DNA of 64,000 nucleotides from a virus: IMG/VR virus record IMGVR_UViG_2795385552_000001; one strand, 5' to 3'. Shown piece by piece: positions 1 to 9,753 of this stretch (position 1 is its first letter; each line of letters starts with the position of its first letter). The notes under the pieces were generated by a model. It saw only the letters and a program-made list of their open reading frames with translations, ran no database searches and was not told where the DNA came from. The position numbers and the translations under genes were made by a program.

Positions 1-1470
1 ATGCGTTGTCCAACCCCCCACCTGAAGGGCTACCCCGACAAGGCTGGTGCGACTGATGAGCTGGCGCGCCGCTACCGGAACCCGCCCAAGGGTGTGAAGC
101 CATATGAATGCGACTGCGGAGCGTGGCACTTGACGCCACGCCAGCGCGGGAGCCGCGGCGAAGGTAGGCCGTACAAGCGCGCCAACGGGCTGTGGGTCTG
201 TGCGGTGACGGTGCCGGGGCCAATCCCCGGCAAGCAGGAGCGCAAGACGGTTTCGGCAAAAGATCGCGCCACTGCGCTGGCGCGACGCAAGAAGCTGTTG
301 GAGGACGTTGCCAAGGGCAACATCACTCGGTCACCCAAGCTCACCGTTGCCCAGTGGCTGGATCACTGGCTGGAGAAGATTCACAAGCCCAACGTGAAGC
401 CGAAGACCTACCGCTACTACGAGTCGGGGATTCGTCTGCTGATCAAGCCGCACATCGGCAACAAGCAGCTCGCCAAACTGACACCCGAGGACATCCGAGA
501 CCTCATCAAGGTGATTCAGCGGACTTCGACCCGGAACGCGGTCAAGGCGCATCAGATTCTTCAAACAGCACTCAAGGGGGCGATCAGGGAAGGTGTCCTT
601 GAGCGCAACGTGGTCACCATGATCAAGAAGCCGAACCATGTCACTGCGGAGATTCCGCCCTTCACCACCCACCAGGCTAAACACATCATGCGCACGGCGA
701 TAGATCTGGGCGACCCCTTGGCGGATCGCTGGAGTTTCGCGTTCCTGACAGTGGCCCGGCCTAGTGAGTTGAACGGGCTTGAGTGGAGTCGAGTCGACTT
801 CGACAACAAGGTCCTGGATCTGTCATGGCAGCTTCAGGAGCTGACGAGCAAAAGACACGGCTGCGGTGAACCTGACGAGGCGGGTGCGTATCCGTGTGGG
901 CGGAAGCGCGCGGGGTGGTGCCCAGACGCGGAGTTCGATTTCGAGCCGGGCTTTGAGTACCGCCCCTGCCACGGAACGCAGGTGTGGACTCGGCCGAAGA
1001 CAGCAAAAGGTAAGCGTCCCCTTCCTCTCATAGAACCCCTGGAAGCTATGTTGCGCTTGCGATTAAAGCGCCAGAAGCCCGGCCCACTCGACCTGGTCTG
1101 GGCTCATGACGATGGCCGCCCCTATGGTCCGACAGAGCTGAATGAGCGCTGGCATGCGCTCATGGTGGCAGCCGGACTGGAGACCGAGATGATCGCGGTG
1201 GAGACCGATGAATCCGATGCAGAATGTAATGAAATTGAGTCAGTATCTGGCGACCCGGAAAGCCCAGATTTGCCCAGCAGAGTGCTCTATGCCGCAAGGC
1301 ACACTGCCGCAACGCTTTTGATGGAGCTGGGAGTGCCCGAGGATGTGCGGATGGCGATCATGGGGCAGAGTTCTGTTGTCGCACATCGTGGTTACGTCCA
1401 TGTGGATCAGACCCAGATGAAGGCGGCATTGTCAAAACTGAACGAGCTGGTGAATCCGGCGCTACATTGA
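1..1470 (+). CDS. int: tyrosine integrase (site-specific recombinase); ORF starts at window edge so N-terminus may continue upstream
   Basis: 489-aa ORF; C-terminal catalytic region with conserved R/H/R/Y-type residues (ARHTAATLL ... HRGYVHVD); located at one end of a phage gene set as expected for a prophage attL-proximal int. Confidence 0.85.
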   Translation: MRCPTPHLKGYPDKAGATDELARRYRNPPKGVKPYECDCGAWHLTPRQRGSRGEGRPYKRANGLWVCAVTVPGPIPGKQERKTVSAKDRATALARRKKLLEDVAKGNITRSPKLTVAQWLDHWLEKIHKPNVKPKTYRYYESGIRLLIKPHIGNKQLAKLTPEDIRDLIKVIQRTSTRNAVKAHQILQTALKGAIREGVLERNVVTMIKKPNHVTAEIPPFTTHQAKHIMRTAIDLGDPLADRWSFAFLTVARPSELNGLEWSRVDFDNKVLDLSWQLQELTSKRHGCGEPDEAGAYPCGRKRAGWCPDAEFDFEPGFEYRPCHGTQVWTRPKTAKGKRPLPLIEPLEAMLRLRLKRQKPGPLDLVWAHDDGRPYGPTELNERWHALMVAAGLETEMIAVETDESDAECNEIESVSGDPESPDLPSRVLYAARHTAATLLMELGVPEDVRMAIMGQSSVVAHRGYVHVDQTQMKAALSKLNELVNPALH

Positions 1471-1902
1471 GTCCCACGCGCGTGCGGGCTGTCAAACGGC
1501 AGGCTGTGTGCCGTAAACCGTCACAATGAGAGTGACCACGGCTGAGGGGCCCGTGGCGTGTGGAACAGGGGATAATCTTGTTTGTAGCCGTTTACCCTTC
1601 GGTTGGTGAGGTCATCTATCACCACGTCGGGCCGCATGCGATGGTATACATCGGTCAGCTAGTGCAGGTTGTCACGGGGTCGATCGTGGCGATTCCGTGC
1701 CGGCGCGTCAATGCCACTCAGCTCGCCGTTCAGTACTACGCGTTGCGACACCAAGACGTATGGTCAGAGACCGATGATGGCCTGATGACCCACGTGTCGG
1801 TGCCCGTTAGTTTGTCATGGCAGGACAGACCGTGCAGTACACCCATCGACGTACGACGGGGGCCACGGCGACAACCGGGAGTAGGTCGTCTGAAAGGCAC
1901 TG

Positions 1903-2412
1903 TTACTTAGGCGTTTTCGGCGCTCTCCCCGTTCGGCGAGCGGTCTTCTTTGCGGCTTCGGGCTCCGGCTTGGTCTTGGAGCCCACTACTTTTGGGAGGC
2001 TTTCGTCGTTCCCGTCGTCATTTCCACTCGCCTTGATCATCTCGCGCAGCAGAGACAGCATGAGACCAAGCTGAGTATCGCCTAGCTTGTCCGCGCCGGG
2101 AGGCAGCATGGCCGCTAGTCGTGAGTCATCCTCCCCGACAGACAGGCCGACTGATCGCGCGATCGACAGCAGTATGACATCGAGCTTCACATTGAGTGCG
2201 CGAGCCATGCCTTCGATCGACGCGGGCTCTGGAAACTCCTTGACCTTGATCCCGTTGGTGATCTGATTCCAGCGCTGGGCTTTCACCACCCCGCCGCTCG
2301 CGTCCTCTAAGTCTTTGTACGTCCGATCGCCCTTGAGTGTGAGTATCAGGTCTTGGAGAGTCAACCCATCCTCATCGCTACTCGCGTTGGTTACAGGCAT
2401 CTTGTCTTCCAA
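1903..2412 (-). CDS. immunity repressor-like HTH (XRE/cI-type) protein
   Basis: 169 aa, divergently transcribed from a cro-like gene; HTH-like segment RTYKDLEDASGGVVKAQRWNQI; lysine-rich C-tail. Confidence 0.55.
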   Translation of the reverse strand: MEDKMPVTNASSDEDGLTLQDLILTLKGDRTYKDLEDASGGVVKAQRWNQITNGIKVKEFPEPASIEGMARALNVKLDVILLSIARSVGLSVGEDDSRLAAMLPPGADKLGDTQLGLMLSLLREMIKASGNDDGNDESLPKVVGSKTKPEPEAAKKTARRTGRAPKTPK

Positions 2413-2665
2413 TCGTTGGTGGTCACTAGTAGTTAGCGGCCCTATCAGCTCTATTTTGATCGTGCAACTACCAGTAATGCAACTAGTAATCCGTGGTTGC
2501 TGAACCTTACAACATCACTGTTCAGCGCGCAGGTGTTCGTTAGTCCACCCGCGTGGCGCGCTAGTAACTTCGCTGGACAGGTCATATCGGTGGTTGACAG
2601 GACAGTCGCTAGTAGTTGATGATCTATGCATCCCGTTCACCTACTAGTCACCACATCGTTATGGG
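2413..2665. promoter_or_regulatory. divergent lysogeny-switch intergenic region with repeated ACTAGTA-containing operator-like motifs
   Basis: 253 bp between divergent repressor and cro-like genes; motifs cactagtagtt, aactaccagtaatg, caactagtaatcc, gctagtaactt, gctagtagttga, ctactagtcacc. Confidence 0.45.
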
Positions 2666-2977
2666 GTGGCGCTGAAGGGTTGTGAGTTCGTGGCGCATGA
2701 TGTCAGATCGGTCGAGGTCAAGAACCTCCCGCTGTTGCGCAGCCTGGTGGGTCCCGAGCCCGAAAAGCTGATGACAGCTCGCAATCTGGCTCAAAAGGTC
2801 GGCAAGCATCCATCTTTCATCGGACATCTGCTCAGCGGAGACCCGGAACGCTGTCGGACCTTCTCTGTTGAAGTGGCACAAGCAATTTCGGTGGCACTTG
2901 GAGTCAAGATGTCCAACATCTTCCAGCCCGCTACGTCAATTACTAGGCAACGTTCTAACAATCAACAGGCGAGCTAA
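2666..2977 (+). CDS. Cro-like HTH (XRE family) DNA-binding protein (GTG start)
   Basis: 103 aa; HTH LMTARNLAQKVGKHPSFIGHLLSG; first gene of rightward early operon. Confidence 0.5.
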   Translation: MALKGCEFVAHDVRSVEVKNLPLLRSLVGPEPEKLMTARNLAQKVGKHPSFIGHLLSGDPERCRTFSVEVAQAISVALGVKMSNIFQPATSITRQRSNNQQAS

Positions 2978-3219
2978 TGACCGATCTGATCACGAGTGAA
3001 ATCACAGTCGGCATGGAACCGATTTTCGTTCCGAAGAAAGTCGCGGCCGCGGCGCTGGGTGAGATCTCTTTGAACAAGCTGAATGAACTCATTAGGACAG
3101 GTCGTATCAATCCCCGAGTGTTGGACGGGCGCGTGATGATCACTCCCGAGGAATTGCGAAGGTTTGCTGCCGAGCTTCCCTCGTGGGAGCCACCCGAGAG
3201 TCGGGGCGGTGCGAAGTGA
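2977..3219 (+). CDS. excisionase-like / MerR-type HTH DNA-binding protein
   Basis: 80 aa; pattern FVPKKVAAAALGEISLNKLNELIRTGRINPRVLDGRVMITPEEL typical of phage Xis-like HTH proteins; ATGA-type coupling to neighbours. Confidence 0.45.
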   Translation: MTDLITSEITVGMEPIFVPKKVAAAALGEISLNKLNELIRTGRINPRVLDGRVMITPEELRRFAAELPSWEPPESRGGAK

Positions 3220-3221
3220 CC

Positions 3222-4574
3222 ATGAAACTTGGCTCACTCTTCTCGGGTGCAGGAGGTCTTGATCTCGGTGTCACGTCAATCTTCGACGCCGAGACCGTCT
3301 GGGTGTGCGAGTTCAACAAAGACGCTCAGAAAGTCCTCGCGGCGCGATTCCCTGGCATCCCCAATTTGATCGATGTGACCACGGTCGACTGGGCGACGGT
3401 TGAGGAAGTTGACATCCTGTGCGGTGGTTTCCCGTGCCAGGACGTGAGCTGCGCAGGCGTTCGCAAGGGTCTGGCCGAAGGGACGCGCTCAGGTCTGTGG
3501 TCACACTTCGCGCAGGCTATCTCGGCGCTGCGCCCCAAGTTCGTCGTCATCGAGAACGTGAGGGGTCTACTCAGTGCAACCGCCCATCGCAACGTGGAAT
3601 CCAGCGACCCAGACCTGGGAGAAGACGCAGGACAACCTTCACTCAACGCGGCCGGAGCCGTACTCGGAGACCTGGCCGGACTCGGGTATAACGCGAGCTG
3701 GCGGACTGTATCCGCGTCATGGTGGGGAGCCCCGCATCAGCGCGAACGAGTCTTCATCCTTGCCTATCGCGCCGACCTCACGGCGGCAGAAGTCGAAGAA
3801 GCAATCCGATCCGAATCAGGAGTCATTCCCGACCTGACCGGCATCGGTGACGGTGATCTACTGCCGACACCTACCGCGGGGTACTACACCCGAGGGTCTA
3901 AACATCTGATGCTGCCGTACGTCGCGCAGTACGCAACGGGACACGATCCGGTGCCGAATCGGCCAGATCTCAAGGGTCGGCCCGATCCGCTGCTGCCGAC
4001 GCCCATTGCGCTCCAGAACAACACACACAACAGCGCGGGCAAGCCGATGTTGACTGGGCTGGTCAAGGAGCTATTCCCCACGCCGCGGGCGAGCGACGGC
4101 AACGGTGGTGCGGGCCATCACGGCACCGGCGGACCCGATTTACGGACAGCCATCGATGACACATTCGCGCTCATGCCCACGCCGATGGCCACCGATGGTG
4201 ACCGCAAGGGTTATCACCCAGATCGACGGCGCAGCTTCGGCATCGGCGTGTCGATTGTCCAGATGGTTGACCTCGCGGTTGCCTACAACGAACCCGAGTG
4301 GCACCAGTACGACCTCGCGGTGAAACGGTGGGAAGCTCTCTTACGACTTGCGCCATATCCCGTGGTTCCCGGTGGAGGATCGCCGCAACTGAATCCGCGG
4401 TTCGCCGAATGGATGATGGGCTGGCCGCTGGATTGGGTCAATATCGAAGGACTCTCACGGCGCGCGCAACTACGCATCTGCGGCAATGGCGTTGTGCCAC
4501 AACAGGCCGCCGGCGCGCTGCGCTGGATGCTCAGCGATCTGCTGGCAGAGCTGAGTACGGCGGTGGCCGCATGA
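3222..4574 (+). CDS. DNA (cytosine-5)-methyltransferase
   Basis: motif I LFSGAGGLDLG, motif IV GGFPCQDVS, motif VI ENVRGLL, motif X ICGNGVVPQQA; large variable region between. Confidence 0.9.
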   Translation: MKLGSLFSGAGGLDLGVTSIFDAETVWVCEFNKDAQKVLAARFPGIPNLIDVTTVDWATVEEVDILCGGFPCQDVSCAGVRKGLAEGTRSGLWSHFAQAISALRPKFVVIENVRGLLSATAHRNVESSDPDLGEDAGQPSLNAAGAVLGDLAGLGYNASWRTVSASWWGAPHQRERVFILAYRADLTAAEVEEAIRSESGVIPDLTGIGDGDLLPTPTAGYYTRGSKHLMLPYVAQYATGHDPVPNRPDLKGRPDPLLPTPIALQNNTHNSAGKPMLTGLVKELFPTPRASDGNGGAGHHGTGGPDLRTAIDDTFALMPTPMATDGDRKGYHPDRRRSFGIGVSIVQMVDLAVAYNEPEWHQYDLAVKRWEALLRLAPYPVVPGGGSPQLNPRFAEWMMGWPLDWVNIEGLSRRAQLRICGNGVVPQQAAGALRWMLSDLLAELSTAVAA

Positions 4575-4667
4575 GCTTCAAGGGGACATTCAAACGACGG
4601 CTAGCGGAGCTGTCGGTCACCTAGAAGGACATCACAACAACGACACCAACGAATGAAAGGTATTGAG

Positions 4668-4775
4668 ATGTCGAGCAATGAACTAACTTTCGGCGACTAT
4701 GCCGCGTGGCTGGTGACAGCCATGACGGGGCCGATCGTGGCGGCAGCATTTCTGATGCGGGTGGGAGCGTTCTGA
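4668..4775 (+). CDS. small hydrophobic peptide (35 aa), tentative
   Basis: ATG preceded by conserved CAACGACACCAACGAATGAAAGG start-associated motif; higher GC3 than overlapping frame; 4-bp overlap with next ATG. Confidence 0.3.
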   Translation: MSSNELTFGDYAAWLVTAMTGPIVAAAFLMRVGAF

Positions 4776-5101
4776 TGGCCACCCACTTTCGGACTTACCC
4801 CAGCGGCACCATCGCGTATTGGGTGTGCCCTCGAAATGACAATCACGTCTCAGTGCTGCTGCGAGACGCCAACGGCTGGAACGTGTCCGGCGTCGCTGAG
4901 CGTGGCAGATTCACGATGTTCATGGAGCCTCAGAAGTTGGCCCTCGCGCTGCTGGCGGGCCACCCGATCCCGGTCATCAGCGACGAGGATCTGCACGAGC
5001 TTCAGCACGAGATCGACGAGCCCATGGTGTTCACCTTCGTGCACATCCCCACGGCACCACTCCTGACCGATGAGGATGAGGAGGTTGCCGAACATGCGTG
5101 A
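4775..5101 (+). CDS. hypothetical protein (paralog A, CPxNDNH motif)
   Basis: MATHFRTYPSGTIAYWVCPRNDNHVSVLLRDANGWNV; paralogous to N-terminus of next gene. Confidence 0.5.
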   Translation: MATHFRTYPSGTIAYWVCPRNDNHVSVLLRDANGWNVSGVAERGRFTMFMEPQKLALALLAGHPIPVISDEDLHELQHEIDEPMVFTFVHIPTAPLLTDEDEEVAEHA

Positions 5102-5642
5102 GTATCCAGTGGGGACAATGGCATTCACCATCTGCCCGGACAACGACAATCACACGGTTTTCGGTCTTCGCGCCGAGGACGGCTGGTATCTCGTGCAGGT
5201 CACCGAGGAAAGCACGCTCAAGATCACCCGAGAGCCGTCCACCGATGAGGACATTCTGGGCGATCTGGATATGACCTGGGTGGTCTGTCGCGATCCGTCG
5301 ATGACGATCATTGGCCCCGAGAAACAGCGACCTGATGAGTTTCCAAGCGGAAGCATCATCTTCTCTCGCATGCCCGATGAACCGTTCGCGATCGTGGCGG
5401 GTGTGAAGACGTTGGGCGGTTGGGAGTTTGCGCGCATCAACCCGGATGGCAAGTTTGAGGCGATGGCGTTCATCCATCACCTACTGACTCATCACCTCGG
5501 GATGAAAGTAGGACTGCCAGAAGACGAGAACGTCTTCGGCAGTGACGACATCGATCAGCGTTACGTGATCGGTGGTGATTGGACCATTGTCCACGTTCCC
5601 ACAGTCGTCGCAACGCCGATCTCAAAGGCGGTGGAGAACTGA
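5094..5642 (+). CDS. hypothetical protein (paralog B, CPxNDNH motif plus C-terminal extension)
   Basis: MREYPVGTMAFTICPDNDNHTVFGLRAEDGWYLV; ATGCGTGA overlap with upstream gene. Confidence 0.5.
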   Translation: MREYPVGTMAFTICPDNDNHTVFGLRAEDGWYLVQVTEESTLKITREPSTDEDILGDLDMTWVVCRDPSMTIIGPEKQRPDEFPSGSIIFSRMPDEPFAIVAGVKTLGGWEFARINPDGKFEAMAFIHHLLTHHLGMKVGLPEDENVFGSDDIDQRYVIGGDWTIVHVPTVVATPISKAVEN

Positions 5643-6163
5643 TGGACCTGATCGTCGTGGACCTGGAGACCACAGGTCTTGATAGCGATGTTCACTCGGT
5701 CCTGGAGGTGGCGGCGGTCAACGTCGCCACCGGCCAGGAGCTCTATTTCGTGCCGCACATCCAGTCTGATCAGATGACGCTGGCCGACCCAGAAGCATTG
5801 CGTGTCAACAGATATTACGAGCGTGGCGTTTTCCGCAAGATGCTCAAGAGCCCGGCCGACAACGGTCCGGCCTATCGTGAGCTGTACGACATGCTTAAAG
5901 GCAACCGGCTCGGTGGCGCTAACCCGCGGTTCGACGCCGACATGCTGGTCAAAGCAACCGGCTACACGGAGTCTTGGCACTATCGGCTGGCCGATGTGTG
6001 CGCGTACGCCAGCGGCGCGCTGGGATTGGACCCGAGCGACATCCGCGGTCTACACGATGTGTGCGTATCACTGTCGGTGGACGCGGGCACTGAGCACAGT
6101 GCCCTGGATGACGCTAGGGCGACTGCTGAGTGCTTTCGGCGAGCGTCAAGGTGGGGGCGATGA
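5642..6163 (+). CDS. DnaQ-like (DEDD) 3'-5' exonuclease
   Basis: Exo I motif VVDLETTGL, Exo III motif HSALDDARA; ATGA overlap with upstream gene. Confidence 0.75.
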   Translation: MDLIVVDLETTGLDSDVHSVLEVAAVNVATGQELYFVPHIQSDQMTLADPEALRVNRYYERGVFRKMLKSPADNGPAYRELYDMLKGNRLGGANPRFDADMLVKATGYTESWHYRLADVCAYASGALGLDPSDIRGLHDVCVSLSVDAGTEHSALDDARATAECFRRASRWGR

Positions 6164-6573
6164 GAAAGCTCAAAGAATGGTTTGGCCAACTCGCGCAACA
6201 GCTTCCGTCGCAGGATGTGGAGGCGCGCATAGAGGTCGACAACTGGCTGACCGCGGGCAACAACCTAATCGTGGAGGCCGGTGCGCAAGACCATCAGTTG
6301 TTCCTGCGCATGAACGGCATTGATTGGCCGTTGCGATCCGGGGACTACGCGCTGATGACCAGTCAGGGCCGGCGCCTGCTGTTGTCAACGCACTGGGACG
6401 AAGTTGACGACTGGGTGGTCTACGTCGGCACCGAGACGGTAGACCAGCACGACACACCCCCGGTGTGGGACGTGAAGTTCCGCATCGTCCCGTTTCACCG
6501 AGTTAGAGACCCCCTGGTCATCATCGCCCTGGAGGACGGGGAGTTCCTGACGGACATTGAGGAGATCGCATGA
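6160..6573 (+). CDS. hypothetical protein
   Basis: 137-aa ORF in operon context, translationally coupled. Confidence 0.5.
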   Translation: MRKLKEWFGQLAQQLPSQDVEARIEVDNWLTAGNNLIVEAGAQDHQLFLRMNGIDWPLRSGDYALMTSQGRRLLLSTHWDEVDDWVVYVGTETVDQHDTPPVWDVKFRIVPFHRVRDPLVIIALEDGEFLTDIEEIA

Positions 6574-7289
6574 CACTCGCATTGGTCACCGACGACATGA
6601 CGACAGGCGTACTGAAAACCACTGATGGTGAGCGTAACTCGCGCAAGAAGCTGTACTGGAAACGCCGGCGTGAAGCGCTCTCGTCCGTTGCGCTGGAGCG
6701 CCTGGCCGATCTGGGCATTGAGTTCCCCGTTGTCGCCGGAACCATGACCATTCCCGAGGTCTGTGACTATTTCGGCATCAGCCGATCGACGCTGACCAAC
6801 ATCGCGCGCCAGTACTACGAAGAGTTGATCGAAGTCGGATACATGCCTGGCGATGTCACGCACCCAACGAGATATAGCGAGTTGGCGCTGGCTCACGTCG
6901 CGATGATCCTGCGAGCCAGTACATCCGATCAGGCGATGATCATCCAGAAGGCGCTCGGCATCTATCGCGCACCGCGTGGTGCAGTCAAGGTGCACAACCA
7001 GAGCGGTGCACACGTCAAGGTCTGCGGCCGCATTCTGGATGAGGCGTACAAGCTCATCAGCGAGATACGCGAGGATGATCCCGAAGAGGTCTGGAAGACG
7101 CTGGATAAGCGCAATCGTCATGAGCTGCAAATGCTCACGGTGGCGCTGGCAGCGCTCGTGCCGAATGACCGTGGTGGACTGCGCGCCTGGCTGGCCGAAA
7201 TCGGTCTGGGCATCCACTCGGACGCACAGAACAAGGCAGCGGTCGGACTGGCCAGCCTGGTCCCGAGTCGTCAGCAGGTGGAACGATGA
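6570..7289 (+). CDS. hypothetical protein, possible DNA-binding
   Basis: 239-aa ORF; segment TIPEVCDYFGISRSTLTNIARQY resembles an HTH. Confidence 0.5.
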   Translation: MTLALVTDDMTTGVLKTTDGERNSRKKLYWKRRREALSSVALERLADLGIEFPVVAGTMTIPEVCDYFGISRSTLTNIARQYYEELIEVGYMPGDVTHPTRYSELALAHVAMILRASTSDQAMIIQKALGIYRAPRGAVKVHNQSGAHVKVCGRILDEAYKLISEIREDDPEEVWKTLDKRNRHELQMLTVALAALVPNDRGGLRAWLAEIGLGIHSDAQNKAAVGLASLVPSRQQVER

Positions 7290-7438
7290 ACACACACAGG
7301 CAAGAGGCGCTGAGAGCCCTGGATAGCGCTAATGGCGAGTCCGACGCGGGTGCGTTCTATCGGACCTCGGCGATCGTTCATGCGCTGCTCGATGTGGGCG
7401 ATCGCATCGACAAGCTGATAGATCGGATGGCGCGATGA
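7286..7438 (+). CDS. small hypothetical protein (50 aa)
   Basis: short ORF filling gap, ATGA overlap at both ends. Confidence 0.3.
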   Translation: MNTHRQEALRALDSANGESDAGAFYRTSAIVHALLDVGDRIDKLIDRMAR

Positions 7439-7695
7439 ATGAAGTGCCAGCGCGGCGCCACGCCGTCTACGACGGTGACGCGCGCGAGGTCGCCAACACC
7501 CCGCAACTGCTAGGACCGTGCTCCCGTGGCATCTTCTGGCGACCCGTGTCAGCGGCGTACGACAGCGAAAACGACAACACCACAGTTGTTTTCGCGCCCG
7601 TTCCGCGCGACGAGGTAATGGTGATCGCGGCCAGGCAGCTTGAGGCGCAGCGTGAGGCTTTGACCGATCTAAAGGCAAGCGGACTGCTCTCATGA
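7435..7695 (+). CDS. hypothetical protein
   Basis: 86-aa ORF, coupled starts. Confidence 0.45.
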   Translation: MNEVPARRHAVYDGDAREVANTPQLLGPCSRGIFWRPVSAAYDSENDNTTVVFAPVPRDEVMVIAARQLEAQREALTDLKASGLLS

Positions 7696-8738
7696 CCGCG
7701 GATGACATTTTCGACGGTCCCATGAAGCCTGCGCCTGACACGACTCCGAAGCGAGATCACTTCGGCGTGTACCGCAACGGGAACAACCAGCCGTTGATCA
7801 TGACCCCGGAGGGTGACAAGCGTGTGGCCTACCAGCGCACAACGCTTTTCATCGACCACTTGGAGGATGGCAGTAGCGACGGTCTGCGCATCTGGCAGGA
7901 GCGCCTGACGCTCGAAGGGTTGATCAAGTCACCGGAACTTCGAGCCGAGCTGATGGCGTGGAACGGTGAACTGAGGGTTCTGTCTGACATCGCCAAGCGC
8001 GCAGCACGTTTGGCTGGTCGCGACGAAAAGCAGGAATGGGGCTCGATGATGCACCAGGTCACCGATGCCATGGACAAGGGCGACATGATGCCGCGCGAGT
8101 GGTGGAATGAGAACACCAAGGCCCTGGAGCCTGTGCCGTCAGAAGCTCGGCGTGATGCCGACGCCTACCGCATTGCGACCAGATGCCTTGAGCACGAGCT
8201 GGCCGAGCACATGCACGTCTACGACGACTACAAGGTGGCCGGCACTCCTGACCGCCGCTCGACGTACAGAGTGCGCGGCAAGGTGCAGGGGCGACCGAAG
8301 ATCGTTGATCTGAAAACCGGGACGCTGCATCCGCGGATGGTTGAGGCGCAACTGGCCATGTACGCGCACAGCACCCCGTATGACGTGATCAATGAAGCGC
8401 GACAGGACTTCGGACCGGTGGATCTCAAGCGGGGCATCGTGGTTCACCTTCCGATGAAACAGGCTACGTGCGAGCTGCATTGGGCCGATCTGACGAAGGG
8501 TTGGGCCGACTGCAAGGTTGCGCGTGAGAAGCACCAGAAAGGTCTACGGCGAAAGCTCACGGCGCTCGGTCGCATCGTCGAGCTTGGCCCAGACATTCCA
8601 CTGACGGATCGCATCAGTCTGGCGTGCAACGTGGAAGCTCTGCGCGACGTTTGGGCCGAGGCCGCCAAGCGTGAAGAGCTGACCGATGGATTCAAGGACG
8701 CCATCAAAGCTCGTCTCGCCCACCTCGGCGCGGCGTAA
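7692..8738 (+). CDS. PD-(D/E)xK family exonuclease (YqaJ / lambda-Exo-like)
   Basis: motifs TPDRRS ... IVDLKTG ... QLAMYAHS consistent with D..(D/E)xK..QxxxY nuclease core. Confidence 0.6.
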   Translation: MTADDIFDGPMKPAPDTTPKRDHFGVYRNGNNQPLIMTPEGDKRVAYQRTTLFIDHLEDGSSDGLRIWQERLTLEGLIKSPELRAELMAWNGELRVLSDIAKRAARLAGRDEKQEWGSMMHQVTDAMDKGDMMPREWWNENTKALEPVPSEARRDADAYRIATRCLEHELAEHMHVYDDYKVAGTPDRRSTYRVRGKVQGRPKIVDLKTGTLHPRMVEAQLAMYAHSTPYDVINEARQDFGPVDLKRGIVVHLPMKQATCELHWADLTKGWADCKVAREKHQKGLRRKLTALGRIVELGPDIPLTDRISLACNVEALRDVWAEAAKREELTDGFKDAIKARLAHLGAA

Positions 8739-8772
8739 CCACAACAACGACACCATCAACGAAAGGTACGAA

Positions 8773-9753
8773 ATGAGTTGGCAGATCTGGACGTTCATCG
8801 TCCTGGCGTTTATCGCGGTCCCGATCATCGGGATCGGTCTTTGGATGCTGCGGAAGTCAGGCTCTGTTGGACCCAAACCCGAGAGGCAAGAAGGTATCGA
8901 TCCTGACTACACCTACAGGCTGCGCGACTGGGAGAACCAAGTCGATCGCGTCGCCGAGAATCGCGGGATCTCGAAGCTGACGATCATCGCCGGTGTCGCC
9001 ATTCTCGCGCTGGCGACGATCATTCTGGCTTTCGGATGCTTCACCATCGTCGCGACGCGCAGCGTGGGTATCGTGACCACCTTTGGAAAGCCTTCCGGCA
9101 CAACGCTCCAGAACGGTCTGCACGTCAAAGCCCCGTGGTCGAACGTGACCGAGATGGACGGCGCCATTCAGAACGATGTGTTCAACGGCGAGCACCGCGT
9201 GAAAATCCGGCTCGGCAACAACTCCACCGCCGACGCTGATGTCAACGTGCGCTGGCAGATCAAAGCCGATGCCGCGGATGTGCTCTTCGTCCAGTACAAG
9301 ACATTCGACAACGTGAAGTCCAACCTCGTCACTCGCTCGCTTCAGTCAGCCATGAACGAGACCTTCGCGTCGTTCGACCCCCTGACGCCCAAGAACGCCA
9401 CGAACGGCGCTGACCTGGGCACTCTGTCACGGGAGGTCCAGAAGCGTCTCAATGACAAGATCAGCGCGCAAATCGACGTGCTGGAGGTCAACGTCCCGAT
9501 CATCGACTACGACCAGCAGACTGAGGACAAGATCAACCAGTTCAACGCCGAGAAGGCCAACACCGCCGTAGCGGAGCAGGCTAAGCAGACGGCACAGGCG
9601 CAGGCCGACGCCAACAAGATCCTGGCGTCCTCGGTGTCCAACGATCCGAACGTCATCATCATGTACTGCATTCAGAAATCGCTGGAGAAGGGCCAACCTA
9701 CCGCGGGCTGCTGGCCGATCAACGGCGCGATCCCCACGGTGCCGGTCCGATGA
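8773..9753 (+). CDS. SPFH/band-7 (stomatin/prohibitin-like) membrane protein
   Basis: N-terminal TM helix WTFIVLAFIAVPIIGIGLWML followed by SPFH-like core (VGIVTTFGKPSGTTLQNGLHVKAPW), C-terminal coiled-coil AEKANTAVAEQAKQTAQAQADANK. Confidence 0.7.
   Translation: MSWQIWTFIVLAFIAVPIIGIGLWMLRKSGSVGPKPERQEGIDPDYTYRLRDWENQVDRVAENRGISKLTIIAGVAILALATIILAFGCFTIVATRSVGIVTTFGKPSGTTLQNGLHVKAPWSNVTEMDGAIQNDVFNGEHRVKIRLGNNSTADADVNVRWQIKADAADVLFVQYKTFDNVKSNLVTRSLQSAMNETFASFDPLTPKNATNGADLGTLSREVQKRLNDKISAQIDVLEVNVPIIDYDQQTEDKINQFNAEKANTAVAEQAKQTAQAQADANKILASSVSNDPNVIIMYCIQKSLEKGQPTAGCWPINGAIPTVPVR

Noticed and set aside
1560-1910. 116-aa ORF between integrase and repressor
   Set aside because: It has weak third-position GC bias and no RBS, it overlaps the repressor 3' end, and it is probably spurious.
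7692-8738. Possible Cas4 assignment for the PD-(D/E)xK nuclease
   Set aside because: No Cys cluster for an Fe-S domain is present, so the generic YqaJ/lambda-exo-like call is safer.
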